NCBI RefSeq assembly: GCF_032191835.1
Contig: NC_083223.1
Span: 191,828,001-191,892,000 of the forward strand
Length of the DNA: 64,000 nt
Reading direction: 5' to 3'
From: Heteronotia binoei
Lineage: Eukaryota
Shown: piece by piece, positions 49,057-62,270 of the stretch
Layout of the letters: each line of letters starts with the position of its first letter
Numbering within the stretch: position 1 is the stretch's first letter
The notes under the pieces: model-generated
The model's database searches: none
What the model saw: only the letters and a program-made list of their open reading frames with translations
What the model was told of the DNA's origin: nothing
Program-made: the position numbers and the translations under genes

Positions 49057-52000
49057 TGTGTGTTTGTGTATGTATGTATTAGCCTGTTTCATTTCTCGGC
49101 ATCGATAATTTCCTACAGTTTTATAATCTTTAATATATAAATGTTAGTCAAAGGCACCGGCTGCTTTGATTGAGTAACTTTAACAGTACAGCCTGTGCAG
49201 CATTGATATAATTATAGGGCTACTTGAAAAAGTATTTACTGTAATGTCTAAGCTTGTCATAAACTTTATTGTGGTTGTCCTTGCATCACCGTTCCATGTC
49301 AGGAAAATACCATTATCCCTATGAGAAAGAGGAAACTGAAGCAGGAAAGGTAAGAGCAGAATGGTGAAATTGTCTTGCTGACATGTAGTCCTGTAGAACT
49401 TAATTGAACCTTTGTGAATAAGCAGCAGCTGGGTGGATCTGTTAAGCTGAAAAAAAGGGGGATGAATAAATAAACCCTTGCTTTCTCAGAATTACATGAC
49501 TGTGCTCATTTCTGTGAGCTTTTTAGTCCATTACACATTGTTCTAGAATTTTCGAACATTTTGGGTGGGTAGGAAGCACCTCATATGTTTTAAGTTATTA
49601 AAAGCTTGATTAAAATATTGAACATTGAATGTAAGTTTTATGTTATGGTACTTCATTAGTCCTTCAACAGCAATAAAATGTGATTTCTCATAATGAGACA
49701 ATGCTTCAGGCATAGCAAGAGAGATTTACTCTCTGTACTGCTTCAAAATTAAGGGTGAGGAACTGGGATCAAATAAGATGACATATTCCCCCCCCCCTTC
49801 CATTTTCCTGATTTCAGATGACCTGTTGGAGCATCAATTTGCCCCAACAGGGCTATATATATTCCCTCCAACGAGCCAAAAAGCGGTTTTGGGGGGATGT
49901 CTGCAGTTCTCAAAATGATGTAGGGAGAAGAATAAAAGTCCCTTACATGTCATAGTCCTGATTGGAATCATGGTCCTCCACAGCTTTACAAAAAACAACA
50001 CAATAATGATCTGATTACATCTAGTATTTAATTGGTTTGACCTTAGAGTTTCCAAATAAAGAATCCTGTGTACTTGTCATAATGATTAATAGTGATTTCT
50101 CCCAGCAACAGTGCTCTAACCATTAACACAGTGCTGGCACAAATACAATACTGACTCTAGCTCCTTGTCGCACACAGTGCGCTATCACACATCTCCAGGC
50201 AAGGGACCCAAGATTGCTTCTATAGATCACTGAAAACACAGATGTCCCCCATAGACTAGTCTAAGATTTTAGCTTGAGTCGTAGCACTCAAGGGACAGCA
50301 CCAATGCACAGTGTGTGGGGGGAATCCATTAACTCATGCTAAACCAGTCATGCTGCTGCACCTTGAGTTGCCCAGCATTACAAAGGAATTTTGGGGACAG
50401 CAGTGGGTAGAACCCACAATGCTTGAATTCCAAGTTAGAGTCCTAACCAACAGTGTACGCCTCCTCCCTTAATCAGCCCTTTTCCAGTTTTGCAATTCTT
50501 AATTTCAGATGTATTCTCAGGACATCCACCACTTTGTTAACCTCTTTATATCTGTTTCTAGGTCAAACTGCATGGTGATTGTGTAGAGTGCAGGGTTGCT
50601 AACTCCTGGCCTTGAATACATTTCTTGCACTGTTAAATGGCAGGGCTCTGCAGGGCTACTATTTCCTTTATTAAAACCTAGAGAAGTGAGATCACAGGTG
50701 TCCCAGAATTTCATCTACTATGACTCAATGTCACTCAGGCAGAGAGATCATTGTCTGAAGGTCTGCAATTTTCTTTTGTGGTACAAAAGCTTTGGTTGCA
50801 TTCTGCTTTCAGTTTCCATTTTCTTTCTTTGTTTACATCTTCATTTCCCTGGAACAGTGGCAGATACAGAGGCAGCAGCATGGGAAGGGAGTGACTTAGC
50901 AGATCTGTGCTTGACAGTCACACTTTTCAATGAGACCACTTATGCCAAGGCTGTCAAATTCCCAGCCTGCGGGCCACACCCAGCCCACCCAGGGCTTTGA
51001 TCAGGCCTGTGGCAATTTGCTGTCCCCTCCTCCCCCTCCAGTCTTCATCCTTTGAAGCACAGAGGCTGCTGATAACGTTCCCAACGTCTTCTGCCTTGCC
51101 TTTGCTGGCTTCAGCTGGAAGCTCTTCTGGGCTTGCAAAGCTGCAAGGCAAACACAGAATGGATTTTCCATCTCTGCAACCAGTTAGTATGGTCTATCTG
51201 GGCCCAGAGACCTTAATGGAAGATCCATTCCATGTTTTCCTTGCAACTTAGTGTTGCAATATATTCCAATGGAGTGGAGCTAAAGCAGTTTCACTTTTGT
51301 AGCATTTATGGCCAGTTGAAGCTCCTTGCAAATAAATGGTTGTTGCTTTGAGCCAGCTTGTTTCTGCTGGATGGATGAGAACTGGTGCTTAGTGAGTACT
51401 GTAACCTGGGAACCCACAGCCAAAGGATATTACACTGGAGAGCCATTGCCAATCTGAGTAGACCCATAGCGGGGGGGGGGGGGAGCTTGCAATGCCTAGC
51501 CATTTCATGTTTTCCTAGACTCAGAGCATTTTATATTTTTAGTTTCTGTTGTGAGCCTTGTGCTTTTTCTTGATGCTTTATTTTTAAAAATGCATCGCCA
51601 AATCTCACTATTCCCCCCACTTTCCATTTTAAACAAAGTATCCCAAGAGTTTTAAGCATGTTTGCATTTTAAGTTAAAAAATAATATCCTTAATTGTGTT
51701 TATCTGTATCCTTTATAAAGTTATATCTTCGCTACTTGGCATTACATGTTATAACATGTATAGCTTGGCCCCACAAAGTCCCATTTTCATCAAATCCAGC
51801 CCTTGTAACAAATGAGGTTGATTCTGCACTAACCTTGCTCCACACCAGGCTTCCGTTTCTCTCTGAAGCAAGCTAACAATTTCGCACCAGTTGCTCTGCT
51901 CCACCATTTTGCTTGGGGAAAACCTGCAATTTGCCGTGCTACAGCATAAACCTGTTTTTTCAGGTTTACACTGTGGTGCTGCAAATTGTGGGTTTTCCCC

Positions 52001-52368
52001 GCGCAAAATGGTGGCACGGAGCGACTGGACATCTGGACAGTTGCTAGACATCTGGAGGCACAATGGGTAAGTCAAATGCATCCTAAGTTGCAACAAACTA
52101 CTGTACCACTTGAAAGCTATACCTCTTCATTACTCCACTAAGAATGGATTCAAAGGTCCACATTTGCCATGCCAACAGATGATTCTTATCTTTTAAAGCC
52201 ACCCTGTGTAGAAAACCACATAGAAATTAGCTGTTAGAATTTTCCCCAGCTGCAATTGAGTAGACTGAAAATCTAGATATCAGTATTTAAGGGGATTGCC
52301 CAATTGGTCTGTGTACCCATTGTATCAACTTGGTTACATATTTTATATTATTATATACTCCCTGTGGG

Positions 52369-52540
52369 NNNNNNNNNNNNNNNNNNNNNNNNNNNNNNNN
52401 NNNNNNNNNNNNNNNNNNNNNNNNNNNNNNNNNNNNNNNNNNNNNNNNNNNNNNNNNNNNNNNNNNNNNNNNNNNNNNNNNNNNNNNNNNNNNNNNNNNN
52501 NNNNNNNNNNNNNNNNNNNNNNNNNNNNNNNNNNNNNNNN
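52369..52540. other. Assembly gap (172 N)
   Basis: Direct reading. Confidence 0.99.
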
Positions 52541-53436
52541 ATAATATCTGTTCTGCTTTTTCCACAGTGCCTACTCAAGGGGCATTTCAGTGTCTGACTT
52601 CATCCACTGTGAATTACACAATTTTGGACACCTCACAAAAGTGAAAACATTCAAGTCATAGTGTCTTTAGAATAATTACCTTGTTATTTCAATGATACCA
52701 CTACCAAGAATAGCTATAATGATCATGGAAGTAAATGCATTTATTCAGGACAAAAATGGAAAAATAGAATGTGAAGAGCCATACTTCTGTCAACCAACAA
52801 TGCTTCCTTTCTCAGGCATAAATTAATGTTTTTTTCTTTAGATGAGAGGTCATGTTTTTAACAAGGTTGAAAATTTTACCTGCTACCTCCTCCCATTCTT
52901 TTGTGATGCAACTGTACTTTGAAACCATCAGTCAGGGTGGAAGAGATCTTTTACCAAGCTGGTAGCTACAGGAGGCATATGAGGATAATACCCTTTCGGA
53001 AATATTCCATGCTGTCTCTGAATTCCCAGCTTTTTGTGTTTGTTTATATAAGCTTATAGTAAATTTTAGTACAGAGAAAATGCAAGGAGTTTTTTGCCTT
53101 GATAGCTCCAGGAAGAATGGGAGAAAATAAACTGCCAGAGATTCTGGACCTGAGTCACTTAACTCCTTCTGAATAACATTCATTCTGCTCCATCTCATAA
53201 CCTTTTCTGCCTGGGCCCTTTACCTCTATCTGATTTCTCTTCTCTTTAATTTATAAAATTATTTTTATAAATTTATAAATAATTGTATAAATTTTATAAA
53301 TAATTTATAATATTATTATTATTAAAATGTATGTACTAACTGTATTTTAAAATTGTTTTATGTAAATCATGGTATACCATGTCTTGTTAGCCACCCTGAG
53401 CCTGCTTCGGTGGGGAGGGCGGGATACAAATAAAAG

Positions 53437-53437
<1 letters not shown>

Positions 53438-53520
<83 letters not shown>
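53438..53520. repeat. (ATT)n microsatellite at the tail of an L2-like 3' end
   Basis: gccaccctgagcctgcttcggtggggagggcgggatacaaat followed by (att)n. Confidence 0.85.
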
Positions 53521-53522
<2 letters not shown>

Positions 53523-55141
53523 AATTGTAAGTCAGAACACTGGACAGAAAACTGGAGTGAGATGTATACTGTTTGCAGTGAGAAATTCACTTCAGGACTA
53601 GGTGGGTCCATCAGAAGAGAGGGCAGGAGCAGAAAAAAAATGAATGCCTGTTTTTACTCAGTCTGGTATTGGGTTTTAATCATTAATTGCAAACCACCTT
53701 GCTATAACTTGCCTGTGTAAATGAATGACTGCCTCTGAGCATGTGCCAGATGCCTTTGATTCACCAGAGAATAACCTCTGTCAAACTCCTAATCTCCCCT
53801 CCCCAAAAATCTTGGATTAAGGCTAAACAGTTTATGAGACATAATGCTCAGGTATGTTTAAACTCTAGAATCTCTCCTTACAGAAGAAGAAGGACTGTGA
53901 AGGTCTGTGCAGCATAATATTCAGGCAGTCTTCAGCCCAATCAGTTATCACTACAAAAATAAGGTCTTTGGGAGTATGATACTCTGAGTATCTTAATATA
54001 TCTGTTCCGAGAATAATCAGGATTTTTGAGCAGGAACACACAGGAACACAGTTCTGGCTGGCTTGGTGGCAGGGGGTGTGGCCTAATATGCAGTGGGTTG
54101 AACTGCTCATATGCAGAGTGCTTTTTTCTCACAACACAATCAACCACACAGAACTACCTGCCTGGTGCTAGGTATGCCCTATCTGACATAATTTCTAGAC
54201 TGGAAGAAGTGATTTGTAGGCAGGTGTAATTTAAGAATCTCTCATTTTAGTAAGTAAAACTCAGATAAATTGCCATCTCTCCACTACTCAGCCTTCTAAA
54301 CACTGTTTTAAATCCTATTCCTTCCAAATGAAAGGCTTCTTTTAGTTTCATGAACTAATTACTGAAATATTGTCACACCTTGGTGATTGGAAAGACTGCT
54401 TTTGAACTGTCTTCTGTTAATGTTTTTTCGCTACATGCTCTTTTCTATTTGAAGTTCTATGTGCAAGCTTTGTCAGAACACCACTGACCTTTACATTACA
54501 CTGTCTTGTTGTTTAAAATTTGTGATGTCTCTTAGCGGGTTTTTTGTTTACACAATACTGCAGATACATGGCATTTGTGATAAAAACAACACATTCATGA
54601 CAGCTTCATCTGTCCAAGAAGGGCCTTCTGAGATGCCATCCTACAAATGAACAAGATCAACAGTTGCCCATACACTTGCGTTTTATGTTGTGGTCCTCAC
54701 ATTGTGGAATGGCCTGCACAAGAAGGCTTCCACATGTCTATCTTTCTACAAACTATATAAAACAGAATTGCTCAGAGGGCTTTTTTGGAAGAGTAATAGG
54801 GGGATATTACAATGGAATGATTCAAGACAGTGTTTTCTCACAAAAAACAAGACTGAACAAGGCCACTATGTATAGTATGTATTTTCTGTTTGCTGTATGT
54901 ATTATCCTGCTCCCACCACATTGTCTTCTACCTATGTAATATTTTCTGCACTATTTAACAAATCACATCAAATATTTTCTGCTTTGTTTCAAATCTCTGT
55001 AATCCTTGTCCAACTACATTGTTTATTAGGTGTCACTTCCTATTTACTGCATTGATTTACACCATGTAATCTGCCTTGAGTCTCAGTGAGAAAGGTGGAC
55101 TATAAGTAAATAAATGAGTACATGTAAATCGCAGGTGAGAG

Positions 55142-56226
55142 TAGGCTTGCCAATCCCCAGGTCCCAGCGGGGGTTCTCCTGCTTTCCTAGGCTCCTTTCC
55201 ACTCTCAGTCAGCTGGCCAGCAGGGGGAATCCTTGCCCCCACAGCCACCATGTGCCTTTCCAACTTTGGAGGCTTCAGACTCCAAGAGGAAAGGCTTCCT
55301 CTTGGGATGGTGTGTCTGTGTCTTTAAGGCTGAATGGGGGCGGGGTGGAGCAGGAAAACAACATGGTTGCTCCCAGTTTGGTGTAGTGGTTAAGTGTGTG
55401 GACTCTTATCTGGAAGAACCGGGATTGATTCCCCACACCTCCACTTGCACCTGCTGGATTGGCCTTGGGTTAGCCATAGCTCTGGCAGAGGTTGTCCTTG
55501 AAAGGGCAGCTGCTGTGAGAGCCCTCTCAGCCCCACCCACCTCACAGGGTGTCTGTTATGGGGGGAGAAGATATGGGAGATTGTAAGCCTCTCTGAGTCT
55601 GATTCAGAGAGAAGGGCGGGGTATAAATCTGAAATTCTTCTTCTTCAGTGGCTGTGAAAGCAGCCCAGACCCTCCATTGGTTTTCAGACGCCGTTTGCAT
55701 AGGAAAGGTAAACTTGAACCTTTAGTTGCTCTGAGTTACTTTGAAGAAGTTGGAAGTTCAGCAACTCGTGAGTAGAGATGCCAATTCCCCACTACAGAGT
55801 CATCAGAAATGGTTGGGGGGGGGAGGCAAATGTCTGCTGGGCACTTCATTATTCCCTATGGAGATTGATTCCCATAGGGTATAATGGAGAATTGATCTGA
55901 GGATATCTGGGGCTCTAGAGGGGCTGTTGTTTGAGGTAGAGAAACCAGATTTTCAGCATAGCATCTGATGACTTTCCTCAAAATGCTCTCCAGGTTTCAA
56001 AAGGATTGGACCAGGGGGTCAAATTCTATGAGCCCTGAAAGAAAGTGCCCCTATCATTCATTATTTCTAATAGGGAAGGCATTTAAAAGGTGTGTGGTTC
56101 CTTTAAATGTGCTTGTCACAACTTTGCTTATGGCTCCACCCCAATGTCTCCTGGCTCCACCCCCAAAGTCTCCTAGCTCCACCCCCAAAGTTCCCAGATA
56201 TTTCTTGAATTGGACTTGGCAACCCT
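55142..56226. mobile_element. hAT element (TAGGGTTGCCA family) interrupted by a SINE
   Basis: taggcttgcca...tggcaacccta; MIR/CORE-like SINE at 55373-55646 (+) inside. Confidence 0.65.
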
Positions 56227-57145
56227 AGGTGGGAGGCTATAGTCTGTCACTAACAGCTCCACTACAATTTACATTGAGCACATAGCTAATTTCTGTTTTA
56301 CCTTTTTTCAGTCTGCTAAATAGCTCATCTCTTCCAAACATGGAGTTCTAACTGAAGACAGAAACCATGTGGTTCATACCTAATGGTATGTAGAAGTACT
56401 GCTATTAATAATATTATTCAGTGTGGCACCACTAAGTCCTACCTAGGATTGCATGGCTGCATCTGACAAACCCCTGGGAGAAATTGGGACAAGACCTGGC
56501 ATGCCAGAATCATGTTGACACTGACATCACTTCCAATAAAAACCAGAAGTGCTTAATTAAACACTCTAGAATTTACAAAAACTTTATGATTTTAAATTGT
56601 AGAGCATCCATGACATCACTTCTGGCTGTTACTGGAAGTGACGTCAGCATGCTGGCACAGAACTGCTGCATGCTCTATCCCCACCCCCCCAATCATTTCA
56701 TCCTACCATCCTACCTGAAACACCACTGGGCAAAGCATCAGCATGCAGGACATCTCCTGCTATAAGGGGAGGCTTGGCATCCCTAGACTGCTATTTCATA
56801 ATCAGGGCTTTTTTGTAGAAAAGGTCCAGCAGGAACTCTTTTGCATATTTGGCCACACCCCCTGGTGTCACCATTGTTTCCCATAGGGCTTTTTAGAAGA
56901 AGCTCAGCAAGAACTTATTTGCATATTAGGCCACACCCCTGATGCCAAGGCAGCTGGAACAGTGTTCCTGCTCAATAAAAGCTCTGCTCATAATATCACA
57001 AGTAACTGCAGAAAATTATGAAAAACCAATAAATGCAATTTCTAATGCTTTAAGGAAAGGAAAGGTCCCAACACTAATCTGTACAGCATCTATAAGATCA
57101 TATTCACAACAATACAATTAATAGCATTGCTCATAAATCGCAATA

Positions 57146-57446
57146 AGGAAAAGAAAGGGACAGGAAAAGGAAAGGTCCCCTGTGCAAGCACCAGTCATTT
57201 CCGACTCTGGGGTGACGTTGCTTTCACAACGTTTTCACAACAGAGTTTTCACGGGATGGTTTGCCATTGCCTTCCCCAGTCATCTACACTTTCCCCTCAG
57301 CAAGCTGGGTACTCATTTTACCTGCCTCAGAAGGATGGAAGGCTGAGTCAACCTGGAGCCGGCTACCTAAAAACCCAGCTTCCACCAGGGATCAAACTCA
57401 GATCGTGAGCAGAGCCTAGGGCTGCAGTACTGCAGCTTTAACACTC
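57146..57446 (-). mobile_element. tRNA-derived SINE with RTE-like tail
   Basis: Reverse complement of the family at 10566-11636. Confidence 0.85.
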
Positions 57447-58068
57447 AATTCATTAAAGTCCTAACGTACATCGTTGCTCAGAAGACTTCCAAAAGTTTAG
57501 AAAGATGATCCTGCCATTTCTTTCATGGTGGATTAAAGTGCTAGTGTGCTCCAACAGTCCTGTGGCCAATATTGATCTTAAACATTGATAGATGTCTCAA
57601 TAAGAATTTTAATCCAGCCAAAATCAAGGCTTCATTTCTTAGAAAAACAAACCAGTGGGTGCATGGAAAACCTCTGATGGAGTCGCGCATATATCACCAT
57701 TTCTGACCCAGTCTTTTTTCAAAGAGGCATCTCCCACTCATCTAAAAACACAGAGCCACACAGTAATTTTGACAGCAATATACAAAATATATAACTCAAG
57801 TCAAAAGCCCTTTACACAGCATTTTTAATATAAGTTGCTCACCAACTTGCCCAGGTAACAGCCTCACAGCACTACACACGGAGAAACTCTCAACACAACT
57901 AACAAACTTACATCCGTATAAATGCTAATGCACAGCAGTTGCTCTCTACCTTAAAGACATAACACCAAGGAGGAAACCACAAACACACCTAAAACCGAAA
58001 CCATAACTTACAAACTATGTATATTACCAAAACTATATCACAACAACAAAATATTATGTGAAAACTAT

Positions 58069-58646
58069 GGCCCTGTTCACACAGTGTGTTGAGTTCGTGT
58101 TAAACTGACCCGGTTCTGTTCCGAATATCTTTGTTCCAGATATTATCGATCAGACTGTCATACTGCAATTCGAATCACTCCGCGGTGAAAACATCTTCTG
58201 CCGTCCACACGATGGCACCATGCAGTTCTTTTTCCTCCACTTTTATGTGCTTTATGTGTATGCACATATGCGCACATTCGCATATGCACACATGCACATA
58301 GGTTAAAACATTATATGGTTATGCAGTTATGCGCATATCGCTAAGTAGTAAAAAAAAATGGCAACCATAAACCGAATGTCTGAGGCTGCTTTTGCTCCGG
58401 GACAGCCTTCAGACATCCGGAATTTGGTCGAGAACTATCCATATGGGGAAACTACGAGGTGAAACTGGAGAACTCCAAAAACACCACAAAGGAGCAGGTA
58501 ACAAAATACTCCGGTTCCAAGATGGATTGGGGGGGGGGCTACTACGAGTTAATACTGGGAGGCAGATGTTGCTGTCTGATCAGCCACTTTTAATCCAGTA
58601 TGAAACAGCAGCAACAACTGATTATACTGTATGTCTGAACAGCCCC
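58069..58646. mobile_element. Possible PIF/Harbinger-like non-autonomous element
   Basis: Imperfect TIRs GGCCCTGTTCACACA / GGGGCTGTTCAGACA (12/15); TAT on both flanks. Confidence 0.45.
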
Positions 58647-58689
58647 TATAAGTCACAAAAAAGATCCCTGGCTAAGCTAAGCCCCCCCT

Positions 58690-59690
58690 ATAAATAACAA
58701 GTAAGATCCAAGGCTGAGTTAAGCCCCACGGGCTCAAGAGAATTCATTTTGAAAATCCAGAAAGCCTCCTCATGGAGTAATACTTTCTGAATTTCATCTG
58801 CTGTCTTATAGGTACCCTGATACTTATACAGGACACAAAACTCATATCATTTTCAGAATGCTGATGGGAAAATGCTCCATAAGAGGAGCCTCCATATTGT
58901 GTGAACAAACCCTAGACTGGTGTTCCAGGACTCTAGCATGTATTTGTCTAGTCATGTTTCCTATGTACACCTTGCCACACCCACAGGTGATCGCATACAC
59001 CACATGACGCGTGGAACAGGTGCTGAAGTGTCTCAGTCTAACCTTAAGTCCACTGCCAGGACCATGAATTGTTTTAGAAAAAAAATCAATATATTTTGAC
59101 AACGGTTCCAGCACTGAGTTAGACCCGGAAACAATAGGTCTTCCCGGGGGAGGAGAAACACCTTTGTGTATTTTTGGTAGTGTATATAATACTGGGATCC
59201 TTGGGTTCTCAATCAGTAAAAACTTATGAGGAAAGGAAAGGTCCCCTGTGCAAGCATCAGTTGTTTCCGACTCTGGGGTGACGTTGCTTTCACAACGTTT
59301 TCACAGCAGACTTTTTATGGGGTGGTTTGCCATTGCTTTCCCCAGTCATCTACACTTTCCACCCACCAAGCTGGGTACTCATTTTACCAACCTCAGAAGG
59401 ATGGAAGGCTGAGTCAACCTTGAGCCAGCTACCTGAAAACCCAGCTTCCACTGGGGATTGAACTCAGATCGTGAGCAGGGCTTAGGACTGCAGTATTGCA
59501 GCTTTAACACTGTGCCAAGGGGCTCTTTAAAACTTATGAACCTTGCTGTTAATAAACCTCATCTGTTCTGCATCTGTAAGTACTATTTTTATAAGATCCA
59601 ACACATGTTTGGTAGGATCTCTCTGTAATTGGGTATAAATTGTCACATCTGCCAATTGCCTTCTAATTTCAGCACAAATCCCAAAGCTGT
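58690..59690 (-). mobile_element. Penelope-like retroelement (Neptune-like), RT core deleted, GIY-YIG endonuclease retained
   Basis: EIRRQLADVTIYTQLQRDPT...LYTLPKIHKGVSPPPGRPIVSG..SVLEPLSKYIDFF directly followed by TCSTRHVVYAITCGCGKVYIG..RVLEH and LLHEEAFWIFKMNSLEPVGLN. Confidence 0.85.
59230..59528 (-). mobile_element. tRNA/RTE-tail SINE inserted into the Penelope-like element
   Basis: 11-bp TSD AAAACTTATGA (59219-59229, 59529-59539); the PLE peptide continues across it. Confidence 0.9.
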
Positions 59691-60959
59691 GAGTTTCACT
59701 GAGTAACCTTGCCCTGGACATGCTCTGGAATACACATCTAATTAATCATAATAGACCCAAAACATAACTAGTGTCTTTATTTGTATTGGAACTGTGGATA
59801 CTGTTGCCTGGCAGTCTTGCCTAACAAACTATGTGAATCAAGCCTGACACCATTTTACACAGTACTAAGAAGAGGTGAAAACCTATTATCCTTTATTAAC
59901 TTTTCCACTATGTAGAAATGTATGCAGCTGTATTGTCTTACTGCCCCCAATTATTGTTTTAATCATCTAATTCAAAATTAGTTCTCTATTCAGTATGAGT
60001 AATGGATTATGAATTGAACCCAAGACTGAATTCAAAAGGCCATCCCAAACATTCCAGATTAAGCATTTCTCCATGTAGATCAGGAGTGTCAAACATGTGG
60101 CTCAAGGGCTGGATCAGGTCTGTTAGTAACTCATTGTCAACTGCTTCCTTTTCTCTCTCTTACTTCCTTTTGTATCACAGCTTGCTTTGCCAGGCTTGCT
60201 CAGTCACACAGGAGATGCAGAGCAAAGCCATTATTTTCTCCATTGACTAACCAGCACATGAAGCAACTTATGTACAAAAGCTCACAGTGCTCACCCATTT
60301 CATGTTTCCCCCTGGGTCCTAGACTCAAAGCATTGACCATGAGATTTCTGTAATGAATGTCAATAAATCAAAACTAGGTTTGCAACTTACAAACACACAC
60401 CTGAACTACACCTGAATAGCATACTCAAGATTGCTACAGCACAGACGTTGTCTCCAGATTTTGATGCAATAATTCAGAACAACAGATGTCAGTTATCAGA
60501 GAATGTTAAATAAAATATTGCAAGAGGGTTAATCTTTTAACCAGATTTTATTTTAAGTTTTTTTTAAATCTTTAATTGTGTTTGTGTCCTTTACAAAATT
60601 TATATCTCCACTACCTGGCATTACATTTTATGGCTCACATGGCCCGGCCTTACAAGGTCTCATTTATGTCAGATCCAGCCCTTATGATAAATGAGTTCAA
60701 CATCCCTGATAATCAAGGTGGGAAGACTTGCTCAAAAAGAATAAGGCATATAAAACTGAGAGGCAGATAGTTATTACAGATATGAAAAGTTTGCATGCCC
60801 CAGCATGTCTTCAACAGTGTGGCTTGGCTTGCAGAGCTTGGTTGGGTTACTTTGCTCATTGCCAGGACAGCACAAGAACATTCACCAAAGCATCTGGGAT
60901 TTTCTAAAGCTTAATCAAGTTCCTTTATATGCCAAAGGCTCTAAGGCAGATATATGATT

Positions 60960-61720
60960 TTCTTACTGGTTACTAAAATGCACACTTCACCTCTGCCAGC
61001 ATGTTGGCACCAACATCCATGACCATGTAGCCACAGATGATGTTGCCACTGTCCACCCACTCCCTCAGGCTTCTCTGTATCAAACAGCAGTAATGTTTTG
61101 CACTGTGTGGTCTGCATCCATCCCCTGCACATGGAGCAAAACCACTTTGTAGCCCGCTGGCAGGACTGTTTCCTCCTGGGGCCTTGGCCATGCCCTGACA
61201 GTCCTGCTGGCTGCTCCAGAGATCTGTCATGAAGTACATTTCTGCCTTGTGCTCTGGAGACCCAAGCCTTGACCATCACCACTGTAGTAGGTGAAAGACT
61301 TTGGCCTCCATGGGGGATAAGGGTTGGCCATCCACAGTGATCACTAAAGATGAGACAAGTGAATGCTTTCTGTACCTTCCACATAGCCCTTCTGGAGTGT
61401 GACCCACCTAGATGTCCCACCCACAGCAGGCCAAGTGTTGGGAGCAAAGCCTTTCTTGGAGGGGCCTCCTGCTCCCCTTCCACTTCACTTCTCCTTGCTG
61501 AGAGGGAGTGGGCCTCTTCTTCCTCCAGCTGTCTGCCACTCTTTCCTCCAGCAGCAACATAGTTGGATGCACCCTTTGCATGTGCCTGCAGAGGATGGAG
61601 GAAGAGAAGTATTGGGGCAGGTTTGCACCCTCCAGGCATGGATATGGCATAGTTGGCACTCTGCCACCCGGGGAGGATGTAAAACTGTTTCCAAACTATG
61701 ACCTTGGGATGGGAGAAGGA
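60960..61720 (-). pseudogene. Decayed hAT transposase with BED zinc finger
   Basis: Across frameshifts: VWKQF...AECQLC...SSSILCRHMQRVHP (BED W-x2-F, C-x2-C, H-x4-H) and YFMTDLWSS (hAT first catalytic Asp-like motif). Confidence 0.55.
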
Positions 61721-62270
61721 GGGAGCCACAGCTGCTTTTTGGCATTGCACTGAGAGACCACCAAGGGGTGTACTTGAGGCAGAAGCAGCAACAGGGAGTT
61801 GGGATGCTCCCTCCCCACCCCCACCCACCCCCAAAAAATCACTGTTGTCAGAGTTCTCCTCTCCAGAGAGTGTGAGCAACTGCTGGTGTTTCTGGGTAGT
61901 GCTGCTAACAACTCTTTTGCCTCTGTGGAGAGCCCTTGGGCCAGGAACAAATCAGGGGGAGGAAATTTCGAGACCCCTGATAATGCCCTGCTGGGTCTAG
62001 GCTTCAGTGGCCTGGCAGGATGGGTTTGGGGAGGGCTCTTTTTGTAGAAAAAGCACAGCAGGAACTCATTTACATATTAGCCCACACACCCCTGAAATAA
62101 CCATTGTTTCACACAAGGCTTTTTTGAAGAAAAAGCCCAGCAGGAACCTATGCATATTAGGCTGCACCCCCTACACCAAGCCAGCCAGAACAGCATTCCT
62201 GTGAGTTCCTGTTAAAAAAAAAAAAAGCCCTGGGTTTGGGGCTCAGGAGTGGGGGCCTATGCTATGCAGC

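Noticed and set aside
52287-52644. ORFs spanning the N run
   Set aside because: Artefacts of the assembly gap.
56298-56342. MFGRDELFSRLKK with donor as an alternative first exon
   Set aside because: Only superficial similarity; wrong phase (1) for joining exon 2.
60941-61879. 312-aa ORF as an intact gene
   Set aside because: Transposase-like motifs are split among different frames; better explained as a decayed hAT relic.
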